A DNA stretch of 63,022 nt, counting the filler, from Dimargaris cristalligena (lineage: Eukaryota), in NCBI GenBank assembly GCA_003614675.1. It is 12 parts of 12 records of this genome, joined end to end, with 100 filler letters (N's around TTAATTAATTAA, not from the genome) between each part and the next. Parts side by side here need not be neighbours in the genome. Positions count along the whole stretch, not along the records: positions 47,420 to 52,555 come from ML003680.1; positions 52,656 to 57,790 come from ML003681.1; positions 57,891 to 63,022 come from ML003682.1; 9 more parts are not named here. One strand, written 5' to 3'. Below the pieces are notes generated by a model. The model saw nothing but the letters and a program-made list of their open reading frames with translations, was not told the origin of the DNA and ran no database searches. Of the stretch, positions 48,009-59,366 are shown piece after piece; within the stretch, counting starts at the first letter, position 1; each line of letters starts with the position of its first letter. A program made the translations under genes and the position numbers.

Positions 48009-49946
48009 ATGTCCAAGTCCAACTCCAAGTCCACCAAGAGGTCCATTGTCAAGAAGAAGCAAGTATCCGAGGCTCAAGTAACCAAACTCAGACTCATCAA
48101 GGCCTGGGTCATAGAGAATAAGCCTGACATTATGTGTCTGAGGTGCAATACCAAGGGGCATATCACTGACCATGGGGGAAACCGCTTTAACTGTACCAGC
48201 TGTAATCAGCGCTACAAGAAGGTTGACCTGTGTGCAGCTCGCAACCCCGAGTTGTTACAGGAGCTGGAGGCCAAGTACCCTGAGACTAGAACTACCACCA
48301 AACAGCCTCCCCCTGCCCAGCCCGCCCCTGTCATTGCCTTATCCACTGCAACTAGCCTTGGAGAAGCCAGTAATATAGAGGTTGTATCAGCTGGAACCAT
48401 CTCCACTGATGTTATTACCCCTGCCACCCAGTCCCCTGAGCCTCCCACCATGACCACCTCCATTACCCAGGGCAAGCGTCCCCACCTGGCCTCTCCTGTG
48501 CATGCCAGCAAGAGGCATTGTTCCATGCTTAGTCGTCCAGCCATTCCCAACAAGGCAACTTATGCGGAGGTAGTTAGACGTCTAGGGCTAAAGGGCAAGG
48601 ACCAGCAGAAGTGTGGCCTGTTGGCCTTGCAGAGGCTGTATGCCAAACCCAAGCCACCCCAGTTTGTCTATGTCCGTGGCATCTCCCGCATGCGAATCCG
48701 TGAACTGAAGGATGTCCTCCACTCCTTAGGGTTCTATTTACCATCTGTCCTCAATATCAGCTTCCTGGGGACTGAGACAGTTGAGTTCCTGGTGGCTGCA
48801 TCCTATGCAGTTATCTTTAAGGGGAAGATCAAGGATGTTGAGCTTACTCTACTGCCCAACTTCTCCACTACTGGTACTATGGACCCTGATGCCTCCCCTG
48901 CTATGAGAGATAGGGTCCAGAAGGCCTTCATCAAGCGATCCCTCAAGATAATTGCTGGTACCAAGAACCCCCTTGTAGCCCAGACCTTCCGAGACATCCT
49001 GGTTGAGAAGAAGCTGTACCAGTTCAGTGCCCCCCCTCTCCTATCTGCCCATTCTATCCCATCAGCAAGTTCCTCTGCCCAGCCCCCCAAGTCCCCTGTC
49101 CCCCCAGCCCAGCCTTTCAGGTTCCCTCCACTGGCTCTTAACCAGCCCCACCAGGATACTGGCATCTCCCTGCAGTGTAGCATACATACCACCATCCCTT
49201 GTACATGTAGCCTGCTCTCCCAGCTACCCAATCCTCCTTCTGTCACTGTTCAAGAGCCTCAGGAGGCCATCAACATCACCAGCAGTTCTACAGATTCACC
49301 CTGCCCTTCCCCCCAGCTTCCCAGTTCCCCCAATATGTGCACCAGCCCCCACTCTGACCAACTTGATCTCTCAGAACAGCCAGTCAGCCCCCTACTCCAT
49401 GCCACTCCAAGTGTCCTTGGATCAAACCCAAATCTCCATGCTAGTCCAGTAGTGTCAGTTGCAAGTTCCCACCATGGGCCTACTCCAAGTCCTGGACTAC
49501 CTACCTCCGACTCAGACTTGCTCCACCTCCTCGTGCACCCAAGTTCCCCAGGAGTACCTACCCCCCAGTCACTCCTTACCCAGGCATCCACACCCCCTCT
49601 CCCCTGGATCATTGAGACACCCTCACCTATTTTAACTCGTGACTACATGAGTAACCCCACCAATACATCCCCCTCTCCCAATCCCATGAGCCCTACCCAG
49701 CACCCATATCTTCCCCAGCAGACATGGAATCTTTGGGACAAGGACCAGCATTACTTTCTGACCCTCACCTCTGATGATGTTGAGAGAAGTCATATTCTCT
49801 TACGGAATGCTGCTACCCCTGATGGCCCACCTGTCCGTACTGTCTCTCAAATGATGGCTGACTTGGACAGACGTGAGGCTGAGGCTGAAAGAGAGTACAA
49901 CCGGTACCTGCTTAGCCAGTATGATGCCCCCCATGACCTCCAATGA
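48009..49946 (+). CDS. Non-LTR retrotransposon ORF1 (645 aa)
   Basis: Directly upstream of APE-RT. N-terminal CLRC-x15-CTSC, a TYAEVV motif, RRM-like FVYVRGI...NISFLG..TVEFLV and a long P/S-rich tail. Confidence 0.85.
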   Translation: MSKSNSKSTKRSIVKKKQVSEAQVTKLRLIKAWVIENKPDIMCLRCNTKGHITDHGGNRFNCTSCNQRYKKVDLCAARNPELLQELEAKYPETRTTTKQPPPAQPAPVIALSTATSLGEASNIEVVSAGTISTDVITPATQSPEPPTMTTSITQGKRPHLASPVHASKRHCSMLSRPAIPNKATYAEVVRRLGLKGKDQQKCGLLALQRLYAKPKPPQFVYVRGISRMRIRELKDVLHSLGFYLPSVLNISFLGTETVEFLVAASYAVIFKGKIKDVELTLLPNFSTTGTMDPDASPAMRDRVQKAFIKRSLKIIAGTKNPLVAQTFRDILVEKKLYQFSAPPLLSAHSIPSASSSAQPPKSPVPPAQPFRFPPLALNQPHQDTGISLQCSIHTTIPCTCSLLSQLPNPPSVTVQEPQEAINITSSSTDSPCPSPQLPSSPNMCTSPHSDQLDLSEQPVSPLLHATPSVLGSNPNLHASPVVSVASSHHGPTPSPGLPTSDSDLLHLLVHPSSPGVPTPQSLLTQASTPPLPWIIETPSPILTRDYMSNPTNTSPSPNPMSPTQHPYLPQQTWNLWDKDQHYFLTLTSDDVERSHILLRNAATPDGPPVRTVSQMMADLDRREAEAEREYNRYLLSQYDAPHDLQ

Positions 49947-52555
49947 TTCCCCCCAACCTGTCCATTGCCTACTTCAATGCCCGAGGCCTGCCCTACTACC
50001 AACTTGAGGCATTCATTCAGTACTATCCCACCCGGTACCACATCATCTTCATTGCAGAAACCTGGCACTGTGACCGTGAGGCTGTCCTCCAACACCCCTG
50101 GACAGTCTGCTATCCCACCTATGACCCCTCCTCTGTCCCCACAGTTGGCCGGCTCCCCCATGGCATTCTTTGTATTGCTCCTCCAGTCTTCCATTCTCAT
50201 ATTCAAATCCTGGCTTTTACACCCTTTACCATCTCTGCCCTTGTCTTTGGCCAGCCCATCCATGCAGCCTACTTCCCCCCCTCCATGACTACTGAGAAGG
50301 TGCAGTCTCTATTAGCTATGCCCAGGGGCTGCACCTGCTTACTGGGGGACCTTAATGTTTCAATAAAGCCTTCCAAGTCTGGCTGGGCTCCCCCTGCCCG
50401 TGCTGAAGTTCTCTCGGCTGCCCTCTCCCGTGAGCACTTACGTTGGAAGGCCCCTCCTCCTCCCCACATCTACCACCTTGACCATGCCTTTGTCCGGGCT
50501 GATCTCTTAGTCCAGGCCCAGGTACACCTTGAGGAATGCCAGGTTCCCTCTGACCACCCTCTGCTCAGTATCAAGCTCCCTACCAAGTCCCCCATATCCC
50601 AACCACCTGGCTCTCTCCGGTTCCATATCCACCGGCTCCAACAACCAATCTACCATCAGGAATTTAGAGCAGCATACAAGGTCCTGTGTCCCACCATCTC
50701 TGAGGTCATGCAGAAGGCCCACCAGGCTATTAAACACAGTGGTCTTGTGACATTATCTGAGATTATTAACTTCTTGGACTCTGTCATAGTGGAGGCCATT
50801 CTGGCTGCTGCTTCTAGTAGTATTGGGGAGTATGATGCTGGTAAGGTGCGTCCTCAGCCTGACCGGTCAATTGAACACATGGTCAAGGCAGGGACTGCTG
50901 TAGATGCCATCCGGCTGATGAAGTCCCAGCAACGGGGTATTACCCAGGCCCCTCTTACCTCACGGGGTGACCTATCAACAGAGGAGGATGTTATGGCCTT
51001 CTTCAGTGAGACATTTGCTGCTCCCAATGAGCTAGCCTTTCCCCATAATCTCCACCTAACTAGTACTGACCCATTGGGTATCCATGTCACAGCTAAGCTC
51101 ATCCGGCAGCTAGTCCAGGAGTATCCTAAGCATAAGGCATGTGGTAGTGATGCCATTCATACCCGAATGCTTTATACTCTGCTTAAGGGTCCCTTCCCCC
51201 ATCACCTAGCTGACTTATTTAATCTCTGCCTTAGGACTGGCTTTACCCCTGCTCGGTGGAATGAGTCTATCATCAACCCCATAGCCAAGGATCCCAAGGC
51301 CAAGCACATTAATGAGTTCCGGCCCATTGCCCTGACAGTCATCTTTCGGCGGTTATTTGAGAAGCTCCTTCTCCCAGCTCTTAAGAATCTCCCCCTGTCT
51401 AAGTTCCAGGCTGGTTTCCGGAACAGGCAAAGCACTCTAGGCCATGTGTTAGTCTCCCATGACACAGCTTCCCGGCCCTTATACCATGCCTACCTGGACC
51501 TTAAGGCAGCATATGACACAGTACCTATTGAGGGAATGTTATCCAAGCTAGCTGGGAAGGGGTGCCCCAGTAGTCTATACTCTCTAGTAGTCTCCCTATT
51601 TACCAACTGCCAGTCCAGGGTGGTAGTTAATGGTCAACTAACACCCTCCTTCAATAGGCATAGAGGATTGTTCCAGGGGTCTCTGCTCTCCCCCACCTTA
51701 TTCAATGTCTTCATTGATGACCTACCAGACAGGCTCCCTATACCTGGTAGGACGGGGGTTCCTCCTATTCTTATGTTTGCAGATGACTTGAAGCTACAGT
51801 ATTCATCAGCTGAGCAGCTCTCTTCTGCATTGGATTGCTGCCACCAGTGGGCTGAGGCTAATGGTATGCAGTTCAATCCAGCCAAGTGTGGTGTCCAATT
51901 CCCAGTAGGGGTACCCGACCCCAAGCTCTCTTTGGGCCCAGTAGTTCTTCCAATTACTCCTACCTACAAGTACCTGGGCTTCCCCCATACTGGCCAGGGA
52001 GTGGACTGGGCTGCCCATCTTCAGAGCAATCTGGCAAAGGCTCAGGCTACCTTCCGGGCCATCAGGTACTCTTCAGTCCATTGGGGACCTGTTATCCGGC
52101 TACATGTCCTCAAGCTGATTATTATGCCCCAGTTGGAGTATGGCCTGGCTCTGGTTATGTATGCACGGAGGTTCAACTCAGCTATTGACCTCTTACCTGC
52201 TACCCGGGAAGTTACCAGTCTTATTCAGTGGGCCATAGGTAGCAGTAGTAAGGGAAGTGTTGCTCATGCCTTGACTGGTATTTCCAAGCTCCCTGACCGT
52301 CTATACCAGCTCCAAGTCAGCTTGCACCAGCACCTTAAGAACATGCCCTCGTATTCCCCCACTCACCAGCTACTCAAGGTTCTTAATATCTCCAGGCAGA
52401 AGGGTTCTCTTCTCCGGTCAGCCATGTCTCATAGAGTCCCTAATAGACTACCAGCTCTGCCTTCTCCTCACCAGCAGATGCAGGAGTATCTCTATACCCG
52501 GATAGACTCAGGTATTCTTAGCCAGCGGATTCACAAGATGGCCCGTGTTCAAAGG
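49943..52555 (+). CDS. Non-LTR retrotransposon ORF2: APE endonuclease + reverse transcriptase, 3'-truncated
   Basis: APE motifs FNARGL, IAETW, GDLN, LDH, SDH; RT motifs FRPIAL, QAGFR, DLKAAYD, GLFQGSLLSP, FADD, YKYLG. Uninterrupted to the contig end. Confidence 0.96.
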
Positions 52556-52668
52556 NNNNNNNNNNNNNNNNNNNNNNNNNNNNNNNNNNNNNNNNNNNNT
52601 TAATTAATTAANNNNNNNNNNNNNNNNNNNNNNNNNNNNNNNNNNNNNNNNNNNNTAAACATCCCACC

Positions 52669-52728
52669 AATTTTCCCATACACATATCGGTTAAACCCTT
52701 ATACAACCAAGCTGAACTTTACCCATAT
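52669..52728 (-). mobile_element. MITE-like repeat, partial copy
   Basis: TTTTCCCATACACATAT...CCCTTATAC...GAACTTTACCCATAT matches the family left arm in reverse. Confidence 0.65.
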
Positions 52729-53006
52729 TCAGCTGGGTCGGATTTCTCCCAAATTGTACCATTAATCGGCCAAAAAACTACAGGCTATTCAATATAATAC
52801 TAGGCGAACCTACCCCTGTTTCCTGCTGTGTTTGTACCGAACCCCTTGAGGTTGAAAGGCAGCGAATAGACCGCCTGCTCAAGAGGGCTGGTGACCATAA
52901 ACTGAAAGTAGCTGAAGCCATTGGTGCAACTAAGTGGTATATTTTCCTCGCATAGTAATATATTTACGTTTCAGTCCTGAGCTATGCCTCCGATTTGCCC
53001 GATTTC

Positions 53007-54253
53007 ATGTTAAACATACAAAGGATACTGTTGTATCCAGGGTTCTCTAATGTCATCAAGGCCTTAGCCCTGCCTAATGCCCTTGGAGCCGAGAAATGTC
53101 TGTCCCATTGTCTATTCCGAACAACATTCAGTGAATCGAGGTTTTGCGCTGATGAAGAACAAAAGCCCCAGTCGTCATTAGCCCTTACATTTACACGCCC
53201 TCAGTCTCTCACAACGTTCACGGCCGTGGACCGACGTAACTGGTGGTGGAATTGGGCTCGCGAAGCCCTCGCCACCTACGTCTGGCCCCGCGAGAAACGT
53301 CGTCAAAAATGGTTTCGTTACAGAGCCTTCATGGATCGCGTCAGCTGGGACCAGCCGGAACCCCTCTTCGATGCCACCCACTTTAAATTTCATGAATCGG
53401 GAAACCTTTTAGACAAGTCGGGTCGAATTAAAATCCAGGGTGTGTCTAAGGAGGACCTAACCCTTTTGCGGCATGACTTTGGGGTTGATCGTTCTCTTAA
53501 GACCAATTCAATGATCGTATTTATGCGAGCGTGGGGGCCTGGGGAAACGCATTACTGTAAGTACAATACCATATTATAATATATAGGCCGGGTGATGGAT
53601 TATGTTTAGGTTAAACTAAGTGAATGGGGAACAAACTGGTGGTCAATTGATCAAGTCTATATAGGAGTATGCGTTTGACTTAGCTCCTATAACCTATATA
53701 TTGTATGATCACCCACCCACTCTACAGATAATCACACGACCGTACCCATTAAAACCTGGCGGGTCTCGATTAGCTGTAACCGCACCAAACTGGCCATCAA
53801 TAATGCCCAAACCAAAGTAGTCGCAAGAGCCGTTCGCGCAGCAGTCCGCCAAATCTTTCCAAACTTGGCCAAACCAGGTAAGTTGACTATTAGCTAATTT
53901 ACTCACAGAATTTCCGCCATCAGCCTGTGGAGAGAACGTGATATGGTCGACTTGAAATGGTATGTCTCTAATATCATTATTGGCTTTATAAAAGCTAATA
54001 AGCAAATACACTAGAGCTGGATACGTTTTTTAATTATATTATTGATTGGGCTTCATTTTTTTTTACTATGGTAACTGATGGCTCTTCAGGTTTCGACTAT
54101 TTGATCCTACCCAAACCTCGGATTATCGATACAACTTGGAACCAACTGGTTTCTGAGATTTACCAAATCGCGGCTGCGTCTAATCAAGATTATTTCCGTC
54201 GAACGGGAAACCGCCAATTGCGGTTCGATCGTCGTGAATCCTCGCGATCCTAA
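53007..54253 (+). CDS. Spliced gene with C-terminal RnpA (bacterial RNase P protein)-like domain; exons ?-53556, 53728-53877, 54090-54253
   Basis: Two GTAAGT...CAG phase-1 introns join in frame to give ...SLKTNSMIVFMRA...WRVSISCNRTKLAINNAQTKVVARAVRAAVRQIFPNLAKPGFDYLILPKPRIIDTTWNQLVSEIYQIA. The 5' end is uncertain (possible extra exon ~52804-52936). Domain call is by visual pattern. Confidence 0.62.
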
Positions 54254-54539
54254 ACTGAAAATGTAATTTTAAACTAGTAAACCAACTATACTCGCTTGAT
54301 TTGGATGGCCAGGATCTCAATAAAGTAATATGCTGTAGTGTTTGCGTAAATACCTACTTTTAAAGGTCAGGGTAGTATATTTTGAAGACTGACTGGTACG
54401 TTAGACTGGTGCTGAAATCAGCAATCTGCTAAACTGAAAAATAGTACACTGCGATTCAATCCAGCTACTAGTACCTGCGCATCCTTACCAGCTAATTAAT
54501 GATACATGGTGTATTATTAGTCACAAGTGTATAATACCA

Positions 54540-55112
54540 TGTTGCCTGGGTTCACCACTCTTAGTCCATCAAGAATCCTGAGGATAGACTTCTAATGGTA
54601 GGCAGGGCTTAGACTTGGCCAAGTGGGCTGCTAGTGTTAGGATAGGGAGTAGTATTAACTAATAAAGGATAAGTGCTGGTATACAAGGGATGTACAGTAG
54701 GTACACTTACTAGTTAGTATGAAGGGATAAGCATATATAGAGTTTATTAGGGGTAAACTATAGGGGTAAGAATAAGCTACCATGTAACTAGTCCCAATGG
54801 GGGCTAGTTATATATATATAGGGGACTACTCCAAAGGGAGGTCCCTGAAGGAAGATATTATTAAACTACTAGTGGATAACTAACTAATCCAGATGGTGTG
54901 GGGGTATGGAAGACTTGGCTAGGAATTGGAAGAGTCATTAGATCAGCCCAGGAGTGAATAGTGGGTTCTGGGGTCAAGAAGGAAAGGGTTATATAATATA
55001 GAAAGATCCTATAGTACTAAGGTGACTATGGGAAGGTAATGTGGCACTATAAGGCCTAATAGGGGTGGATAATTGTGAAGTCTAGATTTAGGTTAGATTA
55101 GGAGGGCTGACA
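54540..55112 (-). mobile_element. Solo LTR, family A, with 5-bp TSD TACCA
   Basis: TG...CA termini; TACCA at 54535-54539 and 55113-55117; homologous to 58226-58808. Confidence 0.92.
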
Positions 55113-58100
55113 TACCATATTTAAGACCCCAACATTTTGGAATTAGAAAGAGCTATGATTGTGGCTCAAAAAGGTAGCTTTTATTTCATAATACAGCACA
55201 TTGAATTATGGTGGCCACTAGGGTTAAATCCACATTCAATTAAAGCATGATGCATGTACTGCCATAGGCAGGGATGGGAATCCACTTTCCCAGTTGGGTA
55301 CAAATTCTAACCACTATTACCCTTACTCGGCATAAAACAAAGTGACAACTTGTGACCTCAGACAGTCTTCCCACCTACATAGCCTAAGGTGTCAATCATT
55401 TTCCTCCTAGTTTAGTTATGGGATTTTACCTTAGTCTAATTTTCCTTATATTTTTACCTTTTTGAAACCCTGGAATTAATCCTATATTACAGCAAGCAAG
55501 AATGGGGAATCATCCCCAGGAAGAGTCAAATAGTGATGTTGTCTTCCATCCCCTCTTGTCTCACCATCTATCCTTATATTGCAAGCACCCCAGTGGATCC
55601 ACAGCCATTTCCATTTCCCAAAGTGTTTTCCAAATATGCTATGGAATTCTAAGTCTTTAGCTATTTGCTAGTTTTCTCCTTCTGTAGTCTTATAGCCAAA
55701 CAGCTTTGACCAAACTCAGTAGTACTCAATATTTTTAGTATATCCTTATTGTTATATATATAGTCCTGTAGCTGGCCCTCCAAGAGCCGGTAAGTTATCT
55801 TCAAGATAAGTTTTTATTACTTAGAATAAATATCTACTTTAGCTTCACCCAGTGCTTACAACTAGTTTTTTCAGCTAATGACTTCTAGAGGAAGTCAAAT
55901 TCTTGTTCTCTTTATTATATCCAGTAATTTTTCTTTTATTGTTTTTACCAGTACACAGCTACTGTGGCTCACCCAACACCTAACTCTGACAATGGGAGTT
56001 TAGGACATATTACTTTGGATTTATTCCCACTATACCCCAGTCCATCTTCTGGCAATGACTCTAACTAAATCCAACTAGCTGAGGGACTGTTTTCTGAGTT
56101 CTCCATATTCCACCCAGGCACCAACCCCCCAAACCTGATGTCCAGTGACGTCACCAGTCCTGAAGAAGGTGAAAGAACCATGCTGAGCCCTGATCCCAGG
56201 ATAGGGATGCCCCAAATCACTGGCAGAACAATGCACATACCCAGTTCAAAACAATTAGCACAGTTATAGTATATAATTTTTTTTTTCCTTAAAAAAAGAT
56301 GTTATAAATTACCCCCAGTACCTCTGCTATTATCTGATACCAATTTTCTCTAGGGAATATTCTTTGAACTTAGGTATTTATAAATATTAGAGTAGATATA
56401 CTATATTGTGTTTGACCTGAAAATAATATAATACTAAACAAATATTGTGCCACCTCCCTAAGAACCACAAAATTCTGCAGAACCTATACCCAGGCCCAGG
56501 TCACCAAGAATTCCTCAGGCTGACTCCTGAATTCCCCCTAATGACCCTACAAGAATCTCCAGCCCCTATGAAAACCTGAAACCTGGTGTCTCCATAACAC
56601 TACCACTAGCTGAACTACTGTTGTACCAAAGGCATCTAAAAAAGGAAATAATACAGAGTTGGGAGAGGAATTACCATTCACCCTATTGGGAGTAGCCAGA
56701 TTATATATAATTGATTACTACTAATTATTACTACTGTGACTACATAGCTCCTCAGTGAAAGATCATTGTGTCATTGACATATGTGGCTAGGAAGTTGGCC
56801 ACTCTAGTTAAATATAAAGAATTGGAAAATTACACTGAGGATAATAATTTGATAACTTAAGGAATTAAAAAAGCTCTTGGAGGTCATCCTCTTTTGGAGG
56901 GAAGGTCTGAGACCAGAGAAAGTTAAATGTATAGATTTATAAGGTTACTTAGGTCATACTAGTCTGGCTACAACACTACCAAGTCAATTGGAACAATCTC
57001 ATTCTGAATATTATTGAATACACTAATGACCCCAAGGTTCCCAGCCACTAATGATGAGGGATCTGGGACCACTGCTAGTCATATCTACAATAGTAGCAAG
57101 GTCAGCTACTACTTTCCCTAGCCCTAGAGTATGTAAACCCATATTGATGTATTCCTGGTGTATATATGGGGATTAATTACTCATCATTAATAAACTAGAC
57201 CCTTGATGACTTGTTACTTGCTTTTGAAACCAATAAACATTCAGTAAAAATTGATAAATAAATCGTTTTTAAAAATCTATCTGTGAATATAATTGTAACA
57301 CTATCAAGGTTTTTGTTATGATATAGCCAAACGGCTATAGTAGTATTGGGCATTGCCCTATTTATTTTTACCCTTTTTATTGAAACCACCGTCCATATTT
57401 AGGTAATTAGTCAAGGAATTGGCGCTGCTAGCCTAAGTATTCCCTTTTTATAGTTGTTATTGTTATACAACGTCTATATATTTATTGTTGATTGGATAAT
57501 TTTCCCGAGTATTACATTTATACCCTTGCTGTACTCTTTCAACGAGTACCAGCCATTCCTTTAACCTATTATAAGTTCGTTTATACCTTTTTTACCCTTG
57601 TTTTTGTTATACCAACGAGTATAACCATTTTTATTCATCCAATGATTATTTCGAAGTCTCCTTTTTTGCCTATTGTTTTGGTAATACCAACGAATGGTTT
57701 ACCATATTTAACCAATGATATTATTTGAAGACCCTTGTCTTTCCTTTTATTTTGGTTATACAAACGAAACTATTTAGCCTGAGTTTTGTTNNNNNNNNNN
57801 NNNNNNNNNNNNNNNNNNNNNNNNNNNNNNNNNNTTAATTAATTAANNNNNNNNNNNNNNNNNNNNNNNNNNNNNNNNNNNNNNNNNNNNGGATATAACT
57901 AACCCTATCGCCTATTTTGACCACTATAATTCAATTATAATCCTATCAGTTTTCATCAATTTTTGGCCTATAGTAATATAGCTATGAAAAGGGTGGGGAT
58001 ATGGTAAGATGCCGGTAGGTGTATTCAGGTAGTTGTTTTTATTGACTGTTATAGCTTGTATGCTGGATTTTTGGTGGTCAAACTAAATCACTATAGTGTA

Positions 58101-58225
58101 TAGGCAGCATCGGGTGGTCCATATTCAAGCCCTAGTGCCTGGCCATCAGTTCAGCCAACAAATAGCATAGCAGAATAGGCATTTATCAATCACTTTGGAT
58201 GTTGGTAATTGATTTCTAAAGGTAT

Positions 58226-58808
58226 TGTTACCCAGGTTAACCACTCTTAGTCTATCAAGAGTCCCAAGGATAGGCTTCTAATGGTAGATAGGGCTTAGGC
58301 TTGGCCAAGCAGGTCCTAGCATTAGGTTGGGGCATAGTACTTATTAATAAAGGCAACTGGACACAGATATATGCAAGGGATGTGTAGTAAGCATGCTTAC
58401 TAGTCAAATATAAGGGGGTGAGTGTATACAGGGTTTATTGGGATAAACTAAGGGGTAAGAATAGGCTAAGGAATCTAACTGGTCCTAATGGGGCCCGGTT
58501 ATATATATACGGGGACAACTCCAGAGGGAAGTCCCAGGGGAAGGATACTACTAAGACTAAGGTGTGATAAATAAGCCCACCAGATAGCTGTGAGGAATTG
58601 GAAGACTCTGTTAGGAACCAGAAGAGTCATCAGATCAGCCTGGGAGTGATTAGTGTAAACTAAGGAGTCCAGAAGGGGAATAGTTATGTAATATAGGGTG
58701 ATCCTATAGTACCAGGGGTGACTATGGGAGGGTTAATATGGCACTATAAGGACTAATAAGGATGGATAATCATTAAGTCCAGATTAAGTTGGATTAGGAG
58801 GGCTGACA
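58226..58808 (-). mobile_element. Solo LTR, family A, no matching TSD
   Basis: TGTTAC...CTGACA termini; colinear with 54540-55112; flanks GGTAT and ATTTG differ. Confidence 0.88.
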
Positions 58809-58854
58809 ATTTGGTTTACTAAAATAAAAAGTAATTCATACACTATGAGACCAC

Positions 58855-59366
58855 TGTCAGCCCACCTAATCCTTCCTAAATATGGAACACTGATCACTCT
58901 ATCCTATTACCTTATAGCACCATATTACCCCTCCCCCAACTATATATCCCACTATGACTGGGTCCCAATGCTTCTCACACCATACGCTACTGGCTGATCC
59001 AATAACCCTCCTCCCTCAGTGAGAGTCTTCTGAAAGCAAGCCCACCTGGTCGAGATGCCAACCCTTACCTCTTCTTTAGTCATCCCATTCCCTTAGGGAC
59101 CCCTCATTATAAGCAGTCCCCACATATAAATAACTGGGCCCCTCTGGGACTGGTTCAGTTCCTTAGCTTATTTCTTACCCCTAGAGTTACCTCAATAAAC
59201 TCCTTATATACTCCCCCATTGCATTAGCCTGCACTCATCCTTTATTAGTTAGTACTGTTCCCTCCCTAATGCTAGTAGCCCGCTTGGCTGAGCCTAAGCC
59301 CCACCTACTGTTAGAAGCCTATCCTTGGGACTCTTGATGGGCTAAGTGTGGTTAACCCAGGTGACA
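58855..59366 (+). mobile_element. Solo LTR, family A, with 5-bp TSD ACCAC
   Basis: TGTCA...TGACA terminal inverted repeat; ACCAC at 58850-58854 and 59367-59371; internal TATAAA and AATAAA. Confidence 0.93.

Larger units (their letters stand above)
48009..52555 (+). mobile_element. LINE-like non-LTR retrotransposon with both ORFs open
   Basis: ORF1 and ORF2 overlap by ATGA at 49943-49946. Confidence 0.93.

Noticed and set aside
57317-57350. ~30-bp match to 62933-62966 (TATGATATAGCCAAAYGGCYATAGTAGTATT)
   Set aside because: Probably a shared decayed repeat, but too short to define or classify.
5211-57890. Regularly spaced TTAATTAATTAA palindromes as a biological repeat or CRISPR-like array
   Set aside because: Embedded in fixed N-runs; a synthetic all-frame stop linker.
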